Shown here: positions 62,726 through 64,000 of the stretch, piece after piece
Position numbering within the stretch: the first letter of the stretch is position 1
Layout: each line of letters begins with the position of its first letter
NCBI GenBank assembly: GCA_964584335.1
Contig: CAZOZN010000001.1
Location: 115,882 to 179,881 of the forward strand
Reading direction: 5' to 3'
Length of the DNA: 64,000 bases
From: an uncultured archaeon
GTDB lineage: Archaea > Aenigmatarchaeota > Aenigmatarchaeia > PWEA01 > JAGHBM01
The notes under the pieces: generated by a model
What the model saw: only the letters and a program-made list of their open reading frames with translations
What the model was told of the DNA's origin: nothing
Database searches by the model: none
Program-made: the position numbers and the translations under genes

Positions 62726-64000
62726 ATGTGTTTCAAGGAAAAAATTATGGAAATCGCACTTCGAAATTCTCTTATTCATGAAGGCAAAGCTGATGTTGGT
62801 TCTGTTTTGGGTAGCCTTATTTCTGAAAATCCTGAAGTCAAGAAGAAAATAGGAGAGGTAAAACCTGAAGTGGAGAAAATAGTAAGCGAAGTAAATTCAA
62901 TGACTGTAGAGGAACAGGAAAAAGAAGCCAAGAACAGGAACGTTTCAACAGAGGTCGAATCGAAAGAGGAAAGAGGCCTTCCTGAATTGACTCATGCAGA
63001 AAAGGGAAAGGTGGTTACTGCTTTCCCTCCGGAGCCAAGCGGATATCCGCATCTCGGTCACGCCAAGGGAGCCCTGGTCAATTATCTTTACGCAAAAGAA
63101 TACGAAGGCAAGTTTATTCTTAGGTTTGAGGATACAAACCCCAAGCTTGCAAAGAAAGAATTCTATGATTTACAGCTTGAAGGTTTTAAGTGGCTGGGTA
63201 TAGAATGGGACGAACTTGTCAAAATATCAGACAACATGGAAATATTTTACGATTATGCCAAGAAGCTAATAAAAGAAGGTTTTTTCTATGCATGTTCCTG
63301 CCCGGTCGATGTTATGAGAGATAAAAGGTCTAAGGGAGAGGAATGTGAACACAGAAAACAGACACCCGAAGATAACTTGAAAATATGGAATGGTATGCTT
63401 TCAGGAAAATACGATGAAGGTGACGTCATAATAAGATTTAAGGGAGACTTGGAACACAAGAACACAACTTTCCGCGACCCAACCATGCTTAAGATATGCA
63501 AGGAACCTCATCCTTTACAGGGAGAAAAATATTTTGTTTGGCCTTCTTATGATTTTGGTACTTCGGTATCGGACGGTCATTGGGGTGTAACTCACCGTGT
63601 AAGGTCTAAGGAATTTGAACTTAGAGCACCTTTACAGAAAAAATTGCAAAAACTCATGGGTTTCAAACCCACAGTCATTATAGAACAGGCACGCTTTAAC
63701 CTTAAGGGAGTTCTGTCCTCAAAGAGAGAGATAAGGAAACTAATACAAGAGGGAGAAATAAGCGGGTGGGATGACCCGAGGCTTTCCACTCTTGCTTCAC
63801 TGAAGAGGAGAGGATTCAAACCGGAGGCAATAAGGAATTTTCTTTTGAAGATGGGCCTAAGCAAGCACGAATCCCTTGTCGAATGGGAGACTCTTGAGAA
63901 GGAAAACAGGAAAATAATAGACTCTGTTGCAAATCGATATTTTTTTGTAAGCGAACCTGTTGAAATAGAGATTGACCAAAAATTTGATGAAACAGAGGCA
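62726..64000 (+). CDS. gltX: Glutamate--tRNA ligase (3'-truncated by the window edge)
   Basis: Manual translation from ATG 62726: ALRNS..HEGKA, VVTAFPPEPSGYPHLGHAK, LRFEDTNP, WPSYDF, GWDDPRL.T. Confidence 0.95.
   Translation, partial: MCFKEKIMEIALRNSLIHEGKADVGSVLGSLISENPEVKKKIGEVKPEVEKIVSEVNSMTVEEQEKEAKNRNVSTEVESKEERGLPELTHAEKGKVVTAFPPEPSGYPHLGHAKGALVNYLYAKEYEGKFILRFEDTNPKLAKKEFYDLQLEGFKWLGIEWDELVKISDNMEIFYDYAKKLIKEGFFYACSCPVDVMRDKRSKGEECEHRKQTPEDNLKIWNGMLSGKYDEGDVIIRFKGDLEHKNTTFRDPTMLKICKEPHPLQGEKYFVWPSYDFGTSVSDGHWGVTHRVRSKEFELRAPLQKKLQKLMGFKPTVIIEQARFNLKGVLSSKREIRKLIQEGEISGWDDPRLSTLASLKRRGFKPEAIRNFLLKMGLSKHESLVEWETLEKENRKIIDSVANRYFFVSEPVEIEIDQKFDETEA

Overview
This is a gene-dense, AT-rich archaeal chromosomal window. 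It carries Alba, PCNA, TBP, MCM, RFC-L, TFS, Rpo11, aIF-2beta, NurA and archaeal-type MetRS/GluRS. The compact genes and many class III signal-peptide proteins suggest a DPANN lineage such as Aenigmarchaeota; this is inference only. The main accessory feature is a ~19 kb minus-strand type IV pilus-like locus (1.4-20.6 kb): an assembly ATPase and a TadC/ArlJ-type platform followed by 19 pilin-like or single-TM genes. These include a run of seven 48-75 aa micro-ORFs (four missing from the ORF track), paralogous Cys-rich families with conserved flanks and variable middles, and large modular proteins in which Cys-rich modules are joined by Ser/Thr mucin-like linkers. Related modular proteins occur at <1-949 and 43.3-48.8 kb. 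The rest is mostly housekeeping: iscSU, pyrI/arcE-like/pyrE/pyrF, an APC permease-methyltransferase fusion, and trxA-trxB-gdhA-HTH with a palindromic operator. Smaller signals include a bS22-like ribosomal micro-protein and a DUF3467 gene that both appear to start at ATT, a candidate box C/D sRNA, a structured alba leader, and a near-perfect DNA repeat inside tbp. I saw no tRNA, rRNA, CRISPR array, transposase, integrase or reverse transcriptase. All calls come from reading motifs; no searches were run.
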